A DNA stretch of 64,000 nucleotides from IMG/VR virus record IMGVR_UViG_2784746785_000001, positions 11,017 through 75,016 of that record; one strand, given 5' to 3'. The notes beneath the pieces were generated by a model. That model was not told where the DNA came from. It made no database searches and saw only the letters and a list, made by a program, of their open reading frames with translations. Positions 35,935 to 44,725 of the stretch are shown one piece after another. The DNA is from a virus (lineage: Duplodnaviria; Caudoviricetes). The translations under genes and the position numbers were made by a program. How positions within the stretch are numbered: position 1 is the stretch's first letter; each line of letters starts with the position of its first letter.

Positions 35935-38900
35935 GCAAGAACTTGTTATAGAACTTCTCGGTCAGCACCTGGCGGCATTAAAGGTTGGCATCATTATTAA
36001 AGGGGTAGATGGAATCTCTCCTGAATCAATAATTGCTGGCCTAGCATCAGATAGTCAGCACTTATATGGAGCAGCTATAGGATACGATGGGGTAAAGGAG
36101 CATGCAGAGAAGAACTACGATATTACAGATTCTATAGAAAAGGCAGTTCTATGGAGGAGTATTCCGGAGTGTGCGGGGCGCATAGTCGTTTTTATAAAAA
36201 CAGATACTGACAAGCTTCATTCTCTGTCAGAATTTGAAAATATAAGTACAAGAGACATCTCTCGCTATTTACTTGAGAAGCAGGTAAACAGCAACAATAA
36301 CACCCCTACAAATAATTTTTGGTCAGCTTTAGAAAAAACCTCTGACTACTACACATTCGAAGCTGTTGAAGATTTTGTTAATGCAGTCGCGAGAAGTAAA
36401 AGGCCTGAGGACGCAATACCTAAAAACATGTGGCGATTAAACTTGCTTGAGGATAATGACATCCTTGGCACGAAGAGTAAGCCAGAGGATCGCCTTGCTC
36501 AAAATCGAGATATGATTTTTGCTATTGGGCAGCTAAGTGAAGATTCAAGAAAAAAGCTTAGCCGTTCGCTCGTTCGCTCGAAGGCAAAGGACAAGGCTCG
36601 CTTGCAAGCAGCTTATCGTAGCTTACAGAATTTTTACAAGTATGGTAATCAGGATACATTAAAGGATCTTGACCTTACTACTGTTCAAGAGCTCTTTTCC
36701 GCCTCACAGAAGAAGGAGAAAGTGAAGAAGAAGGAGACACCTAATCCAACCGATGGTCCGGATTCTGACGAGCCAGATTCCAATACTCCTATTCGTCCTA
36801 AGGAACTTGATAGGTTGGTTTCTGATGCCATCGTTTTTGGCGATGATGAGGAACAAAGGGATATAAGCAATCTTCTAGAGGAGTTGGATAAGCATTACGA
36901 TACTGAGACTGAGGAAAATGATGATTCAATTCCTCCTATCGGGGGTATTTTCGAAGATCGTAGTATCGCTCTTGATACGCATCAGACAGATTTAAGGAAA
37001 CTCGTTGGTAAGTTCTGCGGCCTAAATTCATGGGGCGGCATCATGGAGACAGACGAAAGTGTCCTGAAGGATGCTATTTCCGCAGATATTAACGCTCTAC
37101 ATATATTCGACCCTGAGAGTAAAGATGCTGTCATTTCGTTTGTAGGAGGCATAGACGGAAATCAGCCTTTATTTGATTTTATTAAGCAGTTTGATGAGCA
37201 ATTTGACAGCAAAGGTCTGGAGACTCTTGAGAGATTCACTCCAATAATTGACAATCTTAAGATTGCAAGAAAAAGCCTTCTTACACATCTTGACCTGATT
37301 ATGTATCATCCAGTTCTTTTGTTTGGCGCATCTGAAAAGAGCAAGAATGATCTCATTGAATATATTCAGGCCTGGGAGCGGCTATATCACGCTTTCTGCA
37401 ACAATGAACCTACCATGAGGCAGATAAGTCCGGGCGGAACAAGTTTTATTGCAAGAGCGATATTGCTATTAGACATACTATACGTAAAAACTCCAAAGGA
37501 ATGGAAGGGTATTTTATTGCCGCTTCATCCTATTTATTTGTGGCGGTATTATGAGGTCTTCAGGACACTCCCCAATAAAAAAGCCACACTTGCGGAAGAG
37601 GATAAGGAAGCACTAGCAAAGGTCCTAACTCAATTGCCACAGGTTTTAAGTTTTATTGTTGCTAATAATCTCGTGACAAATACTTCTGAGGATCGTATTC
37701 TGCCCTGCTCTGGTAGTATTGAAATGCTACCAACGTTTGAAAACAAGACGAACCGCTACCTGGGAAATGATGGGACAGAATCGATAGAGGAAATTCTTAC
37801 AAGATGGATTGGATTCGCTCCATATACAAGAAACGAAATCAGAATTTGCTCTGTTGATGCGCCGGACTTGATTGGAATAATCCGTCAGGTCAAGCATTTT
37901 ATGGATAAAAATGAAGTAAAAAGAGTCGTTTATGATGTTTACCTTACGAGAAATCAAAATGGAAACACCGAGCTTTCAAAGCTTGATTATTCTGGCAAGG
38001 ACTACGAAATAGGTGAATTTATAAGAAATGATCGAATTGCAATTAGCATACATAATTGCAAGGATTCTACCGAAGTTAAAGTGGCATTAGAGTTTAGGCC
38101 GGTACATGTGGCTTTTTACTTTGATCAATCCTCGTATTCCATCGAGTATGGCCCGAATAGTCACAACCTGTATATTAATCCGCTTGTTATCACCTATGAG
38201 TATGACTTTGATGAGATTCAGCATAAAGGAACAATCTTCCCTTCATCTGAGTCTGAATCTGGACTTATAGGAGACTATAACAAGCTATTAAGGTCAGCGG
38301 ACATTATAAGTAACAATATGAATCCGAGGACAACATATAATGGAAATGCAGACATGACTGCTGTTGTTTCTACCATAAAGGATGCGCAGACCCAATGGCT
38401 CGTTGTAGCGGATAGAGATACAAATAACTATCAGCCTCAGTCCGCTATTCCTATTGGTGAGATGCAGTACGACAAGCGAATGGTTAATGCTTGGGCGGCA
38501 GACAATTCAAGAATAATTACGCAGTATTTGGATCTTCTTCGAGGCTATAACCTCTATCCTAAGAAGGACACACTTGTTGATATATTGCGTCAATTTGGAC
38601 ATATTGCTTCGAACGGGTTGATTAGCATACCGAGGTTCGGCGCTGATACGCAGGCAATAGACAATAAGAAGAAGGGTTTAATAGGAACACTTTTTGCAGC
38701 GTCCTGGTATATGAAAAAGTATGATGACGCCCTTGTTGCATCATTAGATGACGATAAGGCTCGCCTTTGGCTGCAAGATAGCAAATATGGAAATGAAAGA
38801 GCTGACCTTGTAGGTCTTCATTATGATGCGGTTGAAAACAAGCTTTATGTTGAGCCCATTGAGGTCAAGACTAGAGATGAATCTCCAGATGCGACAATAA

Positions 38901-40705
38901 CTAGAGATGAGGCCGATTCCAAGCACTTTAACATCTCAGGTCATGCCGCAGAGCAGATAGCGTCTATGGTTGAGCTGTTGCGGGAAATTTTCTACTCGGA
39001 TAAAAACTCAATGGATATGTTTACCTCTGCGCGGAGAGAGGTTTTGAAGTATCAAATTGTTTCTGAGTGCTTCAGAAATGTGCATGATTCTGATTGGCAA
39101 AAGAGATGGTATCTAATCTTGAAAAAGGCCTTCGGTAGTGGCGAAAGCGAAGGACTTAAGATTGAAGTTTCTGGAATTCTTCTTCATATAAAGTTGAACG
39201 AGGCCTCTGGAGGCGAACATATACCATGTAAGAATCCTGATTACGACGATTGCTCAATAGATTACTGGAAATTAACGGCAAAGGAAATACAACACGATAT
39301 CCTTGGCGAGGAAACCAAAATAAAGGAATCAATTACTCCGGATTTTGACAATTCTGAGGAATCTGATAAGGAAACTGAATCTAGTGATGACGCCTTTATT
39401 GATACTGACATAGAGGTAGCGAAGGACGAAATGGTGCCTGACAATAATGCAGTAGGACTGTATTCTAGGGATTTTTCTGATCATGGTCAAAAAGTACCGA
39501 TGGTTGCTGAGGGGAATCCAAGCAGTGCAAGCATTCTCAGAGATTCTGGTCCTACACCATATGAGACTAAAAAAAATGCTGAGAAGGAAAATAATGGTGT
39601 CAGCCGCTCCGAGATAGATCGGTTGGTTAAGGATTTTAGGCGCTCGTGTGGTGACTATCATGTTACGCTTAAGGAATGCAATGCAGAGGATACTGTTGTT
39701 GGCCCAAGCGTTATAAGGTTGAAATTCAAGCTTGGGCGAGGACAGGCCCTGCAGGGACTGCAAAGTCATCTCGAAGACATTGGCAGAGAAATGAAGAGGA
39801 CAGGCGTAATTATTCAACAGGTGCCAAATTCTGATGAGCTCTTATTGGATGTGCCGAGGCTTAAACGAGAAAAGGTACTGTTTAGGGATGTGATTGGCTC
39901 ATTACCAAAGGTCACTTCACCTGAGCAGTTGTATTTCCCGTTAGGAAGAACTCCTAATGGTACGGATCTTTTTGAGGATCTTGGAGAGATGCCACATATG
40001 CTTGTGGGAGGAAGTACTGGCTCTGGTAAATCAGTATTCCTTTTCTCAATGCTTGCCGCGATGCTGATGACTCATCCTCGAAAAGAAGACTTGCAATTAA
40101 TTCTTTCTTCAGCAAAGCTGGAGGATTTCATCCATTTTGCTGGGCTTCCCCATTTATACTCTGGCAGTATTATTTCAGATGCTGAGGAGGCCACCCGCGT
40201 AATAAAAGAGGTGGTTTATGAAGAGTCTGAGCGCAGAGGGAAGCTATTAGCTGATGCAAGAGTTGCTAACATTATAGAATACAACAAAATTGCAACTGAG
40301 AAACTTGCTCCAATTGTTGTTGTAATAGATGAGTTCGCGGATTTGGCGGACCAATTAGAAACAAAGAAGGAGCAGAATGCTTTTTATAAGCCTGTACAGC
40401 GCATAGCGCAGGCTGGCAGGAGCAGAGGAATTCATCTCGTTATATGTACGCAGAGGCCAGAAGCTAAACTGGTTCCTTCAACGACAAAAGCTCAATTGAA
40501 TGGCCGAGTTGCGTTGCGTGTAAATGATGCCATTTCTTCTAGAATGATTATTGAGGAGCCTGATGCCCAGTATCTACAGAAGCATGGAGACATGATATAT
40601 AGAAATGGTGATGTTATAGAAAGAGCCCAGGGATATTTAATCGAAATCCCTGAGTTGGACGAAATAGTTCAAAACGTAATAGACGGGAAGTATTTGAAGA
40701 GGTGA
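35924..40705 (+). CDS. DndH-like large protein: PD-(D/E)XK nuclease plus C-terminal FtsK/SpoIIIE translocase
   Basis: ERADLVG...PIEVKTRD (nuclease); HMLVGGSTGSGKS, VVVIDEFADL, GRSRGIHLVICTQRP and GDMIY (FtsK). Confidence 0.82.
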   Translation: MIDKQELVIELLGQHLAALKVGIIIKGVDGISPESIIAGLASDSQHLYGAAIGYDGVKEHAEKNYDITDSIEKAVLWRSIPECAGRIVVFIKTDTDKLHSLSEFENISTRDISRYLLEKQVNSNNNTPTNNFWSALEKTSDYYTFEAVEDFVNAVARSKRPEDAIPKNMWRLNLLEDNDILGTKSKPEDRLAQNRDMIFAIGQLSEDSRKKLSRSLVRSKAKDKARLQAAYRSLQNFYKYGNQDTLKDLDLTTVQELFSASQKKEKVKKKETPNPTDGPDSDEPDSNTPIRPKELDRLVSDAIVFGDDEEQRDISNLLEELDKHYDTETEENDDSIPPIGGIFEDRSIALDTHQTDLRKLVGKFCGLNSWGGIMETDESVLKDAISADINALHIFDPESKDAVISFVGGIDGNQPLFDFIKQFDEQFDSKGLETLERFTPIIDNLKIARKSLLTHLDLIMYHPVLLFGASEKSKNDLIEYIQAWERLYHAFCNNEPTMRQISPGGTSFIARAILLLDILYVKTPKEWKGILLPLHPIYLWRYYEVFRTLPNKKATLAEEDKEALAKVLTQLPQVLSFIVANNLVTNTSEDRILPCSGSIEMLPTFENKTNRYLGNDGTESIEEILTRWIGFAPYTRNEIRICSVDAPDLIGIIRQVKHFMDKNEVKRVVYDVYLTRNQNGNTELSKLDYSGKDYEIGEFIRNDRIAISIHNCKDSTEVKVALEFRPVHVAFYFDQSSYSIEYGPNSHNLYINPLVITYEYDFDEIQHKGTIFPSSESESGLIGDYNKLLRSADIISNNMNPRTTYNGNADMTAVVSTIKDAQTQWLVVADRDTNNYQPQSAIPIGEMQYDKRMVNAWAADNSRIITQYLDLLRGYNLYPKKDTLVDILRQFGHIASNGLISIPRFGADTQAIDNKKKGLIGTLFAASWYMKKYDDALVASLDDDKARLWLQDSKYGNERADLVGLHYDAVENKLYVEPIEVKTRDESPDATITRDEADSKHFNISGHAAEQIASMVELLREIFYSDKNSMDMFTSARREVLKYQIVSECFRNVHDSDWQKRWYLILKKAFGSGESEGLKIEVSGILLHIKLNEASGGEHIPCKNPDYDDCSIDYWKLTAKEIQHDILGEETKIKESITPDFDNSEESDKETESSDDAFIDTDIEVAKDEMVPDNNAVGLYSRDFSDHGQKVPMVAEGNPSSASILRDSGPTPYETKKNAEKENNGVSRSEIDRLVKDFRRSCGDYHVTLKECNAEDTVVGPSVIRLKFKLGRGQALQGLQSHLEDIGREMKRTGVIIQQVPNSDELLLDVPRLKREKVLFRDVIGSLPKVTSPEQLYFPLGRTPNGTDLFEDLGEMPHMLVGGSTGSGKSVFLFSMLAAMLMTHPRKEDLQLILSSAKLEDFIHFAGLPHLYSGSIISDAEEATRVIKEVVYEESERRGKLLADARVANIIEYNKIATEKLAPIVVVIDEFADLADQLETKKEQNAFYKPVQRIAQAGRSRGIHLVICTQRPEAKLVPSTTKAQLNGRVALRVNDAISSRMIIEEPDAQYLQKHGDMIYRNGDVIERAQGYLIEIPELDEIVQNVIDGKYLKR

Positions 40706-40711
40706 TTACTG

Positions 40712-41392
40712 ATGTCTGAGCCGGAGGTTAAATATGGCATATTTAAGACAGAAATCAAAAACCGTTTTCTGTGCACTGTGAATGTCGACGGGATAGACAC
40801 ACTATGCTATATTCCCTCCTCCTGCAGATTAAGTAACTTTATTAATATGAAAGGCCGAATGGTTTTGCTGTTGCCTATAAAGAAAGAAAATGCACGGACG
40901 AAATATTCCGTGTATGCCATTCAGTACAGACGAGGCTTTGTACCCGTAAGCTTGTCGAGTGTTAATCAAGTTATAAAAAACGAGCTTAATAGAAGAATTT
41001 TCTCTTTCTTGGGTAGCAGAAAACAAGTTTTTGGTGAAAAAAGCATTGATGGTTATAAGAGCGATCTTTATATAGAAGATAGCGATACAGTCGTTGAAAT
41101 TAAAAGCATTCTTTCTTTTGGCAAGGAAGCTTTGTTTCCAACCGTATCCTCAGAGCGGGCTAATCACCAGTTAGAGAATATCAGGGAACTTCTTCTGAAT
41201 GGACATAAAGTATGCTATATGTTTATTTCTATGTATGGAGGTACAAAGCAGATAACCGTTAATGAGGAGCAAACAGAATACTTTTCTCTTTTTAGGAAAT
41301 GTATAGAGGTAGGCATGACGGTTCGTGGTTTTTCCTTATATATGGATAATGGCGTGCCAAAGGTGAAGGCAACAGTCAAATGCATCTTTTAA
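40712..41392 (+). CDS. sfsA: SfsA-family DNA/RNA nuclease
   Basis: NRFLCTV..DG...CYIPSSCRL (OB fold); SDLYIE...VVEIKS; ERANHQLENI. Confidence 0.8.
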   Translation: MSEPEVKYGIFKTEIKNRFLCTVNVDGIDTLCYIPSSCRLSNFINMKGRMVLLLPIKKENARTKYSVYAIQYRRGFVPVSLSSVNQVIKNELNRRIFSFLGSRKQVFGEKSIDGYKSDLYIEDSDTVVEIKSILSFGKEALFPTVSSERANHQLENIRELLLNGHKVCYMFISMYGGTKQITVNEEQTEYFSLFRKCIEVGMTVRGFSLYMDNGVPKVKATVKCIF

Positions 41393-41827
41393 AACCCGTT
41401 CATTTGAATTAAACCTTTCAACGATAGCCATACTTTTCAACAATTGCAGATTGGGGGTGTCGCTTTTGACTACAGCTACCGCAGCAGCATATGAATACAG
41501 AACCAGAAGTGCACTCCCGCACCATGCCCTGAAACGCAGAAAAGCCCAGAAACTGCGCGGTTTCTGGGCTAAAAGTACATACGGGCATTGTATCAAAGAT
41601 TACGTCTTGTTAGATACGGCACGAGTGTCGGAATTAGATGTCATGCATAGGAATCTTTTAACGATGGATGCGCAGAACCGCTGAAAGAATGCTGGTCGGA
41701 CATTCATGGCGATTGAAAAACCGGACATTGAAGGTATGTTAGAACTAATTTGGTAGGGAAAGTAACAACCCGAGAAGCAATAAGAAAAGCAACTTGATCG
41801 CTGACCGACCAAGTCGATGACAGATAG

Positions 41828-42081
41828 GGTTGAGATCGTAATGACGCGGCGCCGAACTGCAGGAGAGCAGGTTGAGACGATGGCCTCCCTCCTGCCCGCA
41901 GTATTATAGGTAGAAAAAGCCTTTGGATAAATTTCCGCAAACGCCGAGCACCTGTAAAAACGCCGCTTTTCGGCTTTGAGCAGTTCCCGCAAACGGACGG
42001 AAATGTGTCCAAAATCCAGACATCAAGGTGCTTTTCTCAAGCCATGTGGAGACGGTAGTATTGATGTCTAAGATGAAATGA
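41828..42081 (+). repeat. Cluster of degenerate rumA/RlmD 3'-end (att-like) half-sites
   Basis: Translates as LDKFPQT (41923), QFPQT (41981), HVETVVLMSKMK* (42043), QVETMASLL (41868) and VEIVMTR (41830). Confidence 0.7.
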
Positions 42082-42317
42082 TAAGGTGTGAAAAAGGCTT
42101 GATTTCAGGTCTTTTTTGCTATCGAGATTATGGAAACATTCAATCAAAGGCCTTAACATAACGCTCTGCGGAAACAGTGCAACGAAGACTTGCCTGAAAA
42201 AGTGTGTATAGTTTAGACGCCGATTTAGATGTCGGGCATTAAAACAGTGGTTTAGATGTCAGAGAGAGTTTAGGTAGCGGATTGAATGTCGATGGAGAGA
42301 AAGGAGATAATTTGCGA

Positions 42318-43304
42318 ATGGAAAGAAATTTACTCGTAGGTAACGGTATTAATATTCAGTTTGGCGGAAAAGATGTATATTCTGGCTGTGCAACAATGAA
42401 TAGAGTAGTTGAAAATATAAAGGCCGGAAAATATACAGCACTAGCGGAAAATTCATTATCGACAGAAGAACAGCTTGAATTTTTAGAGGGACTGGTAAAT
42501 GTTATTAATCAAATCAGAGGAAAAAAACTCAGAGGTAATGCTGAAGGTTTGTTTATGGTAATGGAATTAGATAGAATTTCAAGAACATATCCAGAAAGAA
42601 GTAATGTGCTGTCTGTCTTTTTAGAGGATTACTTTTTGGCTTTTGAGATATTTAATAATGGATTTAGAGCAGAAGATGGAGAGGAACAGAGTGAAAAATT
42701 CAGAAAAATAGGATTTGCTTTTCTTCGCCAAATGATAGTTGATGGCATATATAATAACGGTGAAATCAACAATGTGTATAAAAATTTTTATCCAGGGATG
42801 AATAAGTACCTCAATCGATTCAGTAATATCTTCACAACAAATTACGATTATAACTTGGAAAGTACGTTAGGCAGTTCAGAGCGAATATGTCATCTTCATG
42901 GGGAGTTTTCAAAATTAGCACCAGAGTACAGTAATACCAGTTTATACTACCAGGAGCATAAACAGGAGTGCAAAAAATTGATATCTAATATGATTCATGG
43001 GATGGAACAATGCTATAGTGATGCAGTTATGAGTTGGTCTTGGCTTGATAAGTATGGAGAATTGATTGAGTCTGAAACAAAGTATAAAGAATCTCTGTTT
43101 AAATCGATAGGTGGACAGTTGGAAGTAGTTGGACTTGCACCAGCAAATGATGAGCACCTGTTTTTACTTATTAGCACCAATCCTAAAATTAAATCAGTTG
43201 TATATTACTATCATAATGATGAAGAGAGAAACGAATTGCCACACCACATTAAAAAGCCTGTAACATATAAAAAAGCAGAAAAACTATGGGATTCGCTGAA
43301 ATGA
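42318..43304 (+). CDS. SIR2-like/AbiH-like hypothetical protein
   Basis: LLVGNGINI, IFTTNYDYNLE, CHLHGEF, VVGLAPANDEH. Confidence 0.65.
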   Translation: MERNLLVGNGINIQFGGKDVYSGCATMNRVVENIKAGKYTALAENSLSTEEQLEFLEGLVNVINQIRGKKLRGNAEGLFMVMELDRISRTYPERSNVLSVFLEDYFLAFEIFNNGFRAEDGEEQSEKFRKIGFAFLRQMIVDGIYNNGEINNVYKNFYPGMNKYLNRFSNIFTTNYDYNLESTLGSSERICHLHGEFSKLAPEYSNTSLYYQEHKQECKKLISNMIHGMEQCYSDAVMSWSWLDKYGELIESETKYKESLFKSIGGQLEVVGLAPANDEHLFLLISTNPKIKSVVYYYHNDEERNELPHHIKKPVTYKKAEKLWDSLK

Positions 43305-43322
43305 TATTTTTTGAAAAAATAC

Positions 43323-43354
43323 TTGACAGGGACAAAGTCCCTACTTGCTAAGAT
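43323..43354 (+). promoter_or_regulatory. MerR-type promoter with dyad operator
   Basis: TTGACA, 20-bp spacer, TAAGAT; dyad AGGGAC-AAA-GTCCCT at 43328-43342. Confidence 0.8.
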
Positions 43355-43379
43355 AGGTCTTGAAAGGAGGTCGAAGTAT

Positions 43380-44066
43380 ATGAGACCAAAAGAAATTCAA
43401 GAAAAACTCAATATCGATGGTGACAGAATTAAGCTGTTTAAGAGGGAGGGAATCTTCACACCGGAGAATCCACCATCTGGAAATCGAAGCACCAATTATA
43501 CAGATGCAGATTGTGAGCATTTACGATTGCTTGTAGTGCTTACTAAATCTGGGCTTACATGCAGCGATATCAGAAAGTTGCAAGAAGGTGAATGCACTTT
43601 AGAAGAAGCAATAAAAATCAGAAAGAATAATATTGATGCTGAGATAAAGAGAAAGCAAAATGCATTGATTTTGCTTTCAGAACTTCTTGCTGATAAGGTG
43701 GAATTTGAAACATTCGAAACAGACCATTATTGGAATGTTATTGCGGCGAGAGAAGCAGAGGGCGAGGAATTCATCAATACAGAAGATATGTATGGCTATC
43801 GTGCGGTATCGTTAATTCGCAGTATCAAATGCCCTTATTGCGGTGAGGAACATGAAGTGGATTTAGAAGATTACATGTATGACGAGAGCAGTTATGAGAA
43901 AGAGAATGGAATGGGACCAGATGTAGTCTATAGCTTTAATTCCGAGGATGGTTATGAATGTCATGAATGTGGTAGAATTATACAAATCGAAGGTTGGATT
44001 CGAGAATACCCTGAAGGGGCATACGATTCGGAAGATATCAATGTAGTCGAAGGAGAGAAGGATTAG
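43380..44066 (+). CDS. MerR-family regulator with a C-terminal Zn-ribbon-like domain
   Basis: N-terminal MerR HTH (REGIFTPE...NYTDAD..HL..L..L...GLTCSDI); CPYC and CHEC motifs. Confidence 0.82.
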   Translation: MRPKEIQEKLNIDGDRIKLFKREGIFTPENPPSGNRSTNYTDADCEHLRLLVVLTKSGLTCSDIRKLQEGECTLEEAIKIRKNNIDAEIKRKQNALILLSELLADKVEFETFETDHYWNVIAAREAEGEEFINTEDMYGYRAVSLIRSIKCPYCGEEHEVDLEDYMYDESSYEKENGMGPDVVYSFNSEDGYECHECGRIIQIEGWIREYPEGAYDSEDINVVEGEKD

Positions 44067-44343
44067 TGCAACTTACAACTGCATCGAATAATAAGGCATC
44101 TTCATTGATACGAATGTTCTTCGAAAATTCCAGAATCATGTCTTCCAGCAAAGCAGAATCTGGGCTTTGAATTTTTGAATATGTAAGATTTAGAGCATAC
44201 GGATGCTCTGTAATATACGAATAAGCCGCTTCCCACATGGGATGGTAGCAAACATTGTAAATAAACTGTTCGATCTCGTTATTATACGTGCTCAACTTGT
44301 ACAGCCTTCCTTCCCTGAAAACCGGTGTAATTGATAATTTCAT
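44038..44343 (-). CDS. Hypothetical protein
   Basis: 101-aa ORF filling an otherwise empty gap; no motif recognised. Confidence 0.45.
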   Translation of the reverse strand: MKLSITPVFREGRLYKLSTYNNEIEQFIYNVCYHPMWEAAYSYITEHPYALNLTYSKIQSPDSALLEDMILEFSKNIRINEDALLFDAVVSCTNPSLLRLH

Positions 44344-44492
44344 ATTATAGCAGAATTGTGTTGTGCATTCAATAGAATAAAAAGAAAATTCTTCTATTCA
44401 TGAAGAATTACTCTTTATTCTGAAACGAGAAGATGATACACTATACTCATGCTGCGGTAATATCTGTTTTTGAAAATCGAGAGGTGACCACC

Positions 44493-44714
44493 ATGGAAGT
44501 TAGTTATAAAAAATTATGGAAAATTTTGATCGACAAAGACATGAAAAAGAAAGACTTACAGGCAGCTGCTGGAATGAGCTGGGCTTCAGTTACAAAGCTT
44601 TCAAAGGGAGAGACTGTAAGCATGGAAGTGTTGATGAAGGTGTGCAAGGCACTTGACTGTAATATAGGAGATATTATGGATTTTATCCCCACAGATGGAG
44701 ATAGCAAAGCTTGA
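44493..44714 (+). CDS. Cro/C1-type HTH regulator
   Basis: MEVSYKKLWKILIDKDMKKKDL...VCKALDCNIGDI; paralogue of 30461. Confidence 0.88.
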   Translation: MEVSYKKLWKILIDKDMKKKDLQAAAGMSWASVTKLSKGETVSMEVLMKVCKALDCNIGDIMDFIPTDGDSKA

Positions 44715-44725
44715 GGGGTGAGAAT

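Noticed and set aside
35924-40705. Housekeeping FtsK or conjugative coupling protein
   Set aside because: No N-terminal membrane segments, no T4SS or relaxase nearby, and it carries a nuclease motif within an operon.
41336-41992. ORFs 41336-41596, 41451-41684, 41600-41992 and 41704-42012
   Set aside because: Overlapping, motif-less and RBS-less. The region reads as decayed sequence plus att scars; a possible recombinase relic could not be supported.
42211-42274. TTTAG(A/G) repeats upstream of the SIR2-like gene
   Set aside because: Irregular spacing and low complexity in AT-rich DNA; cannot be distinguished from chance.
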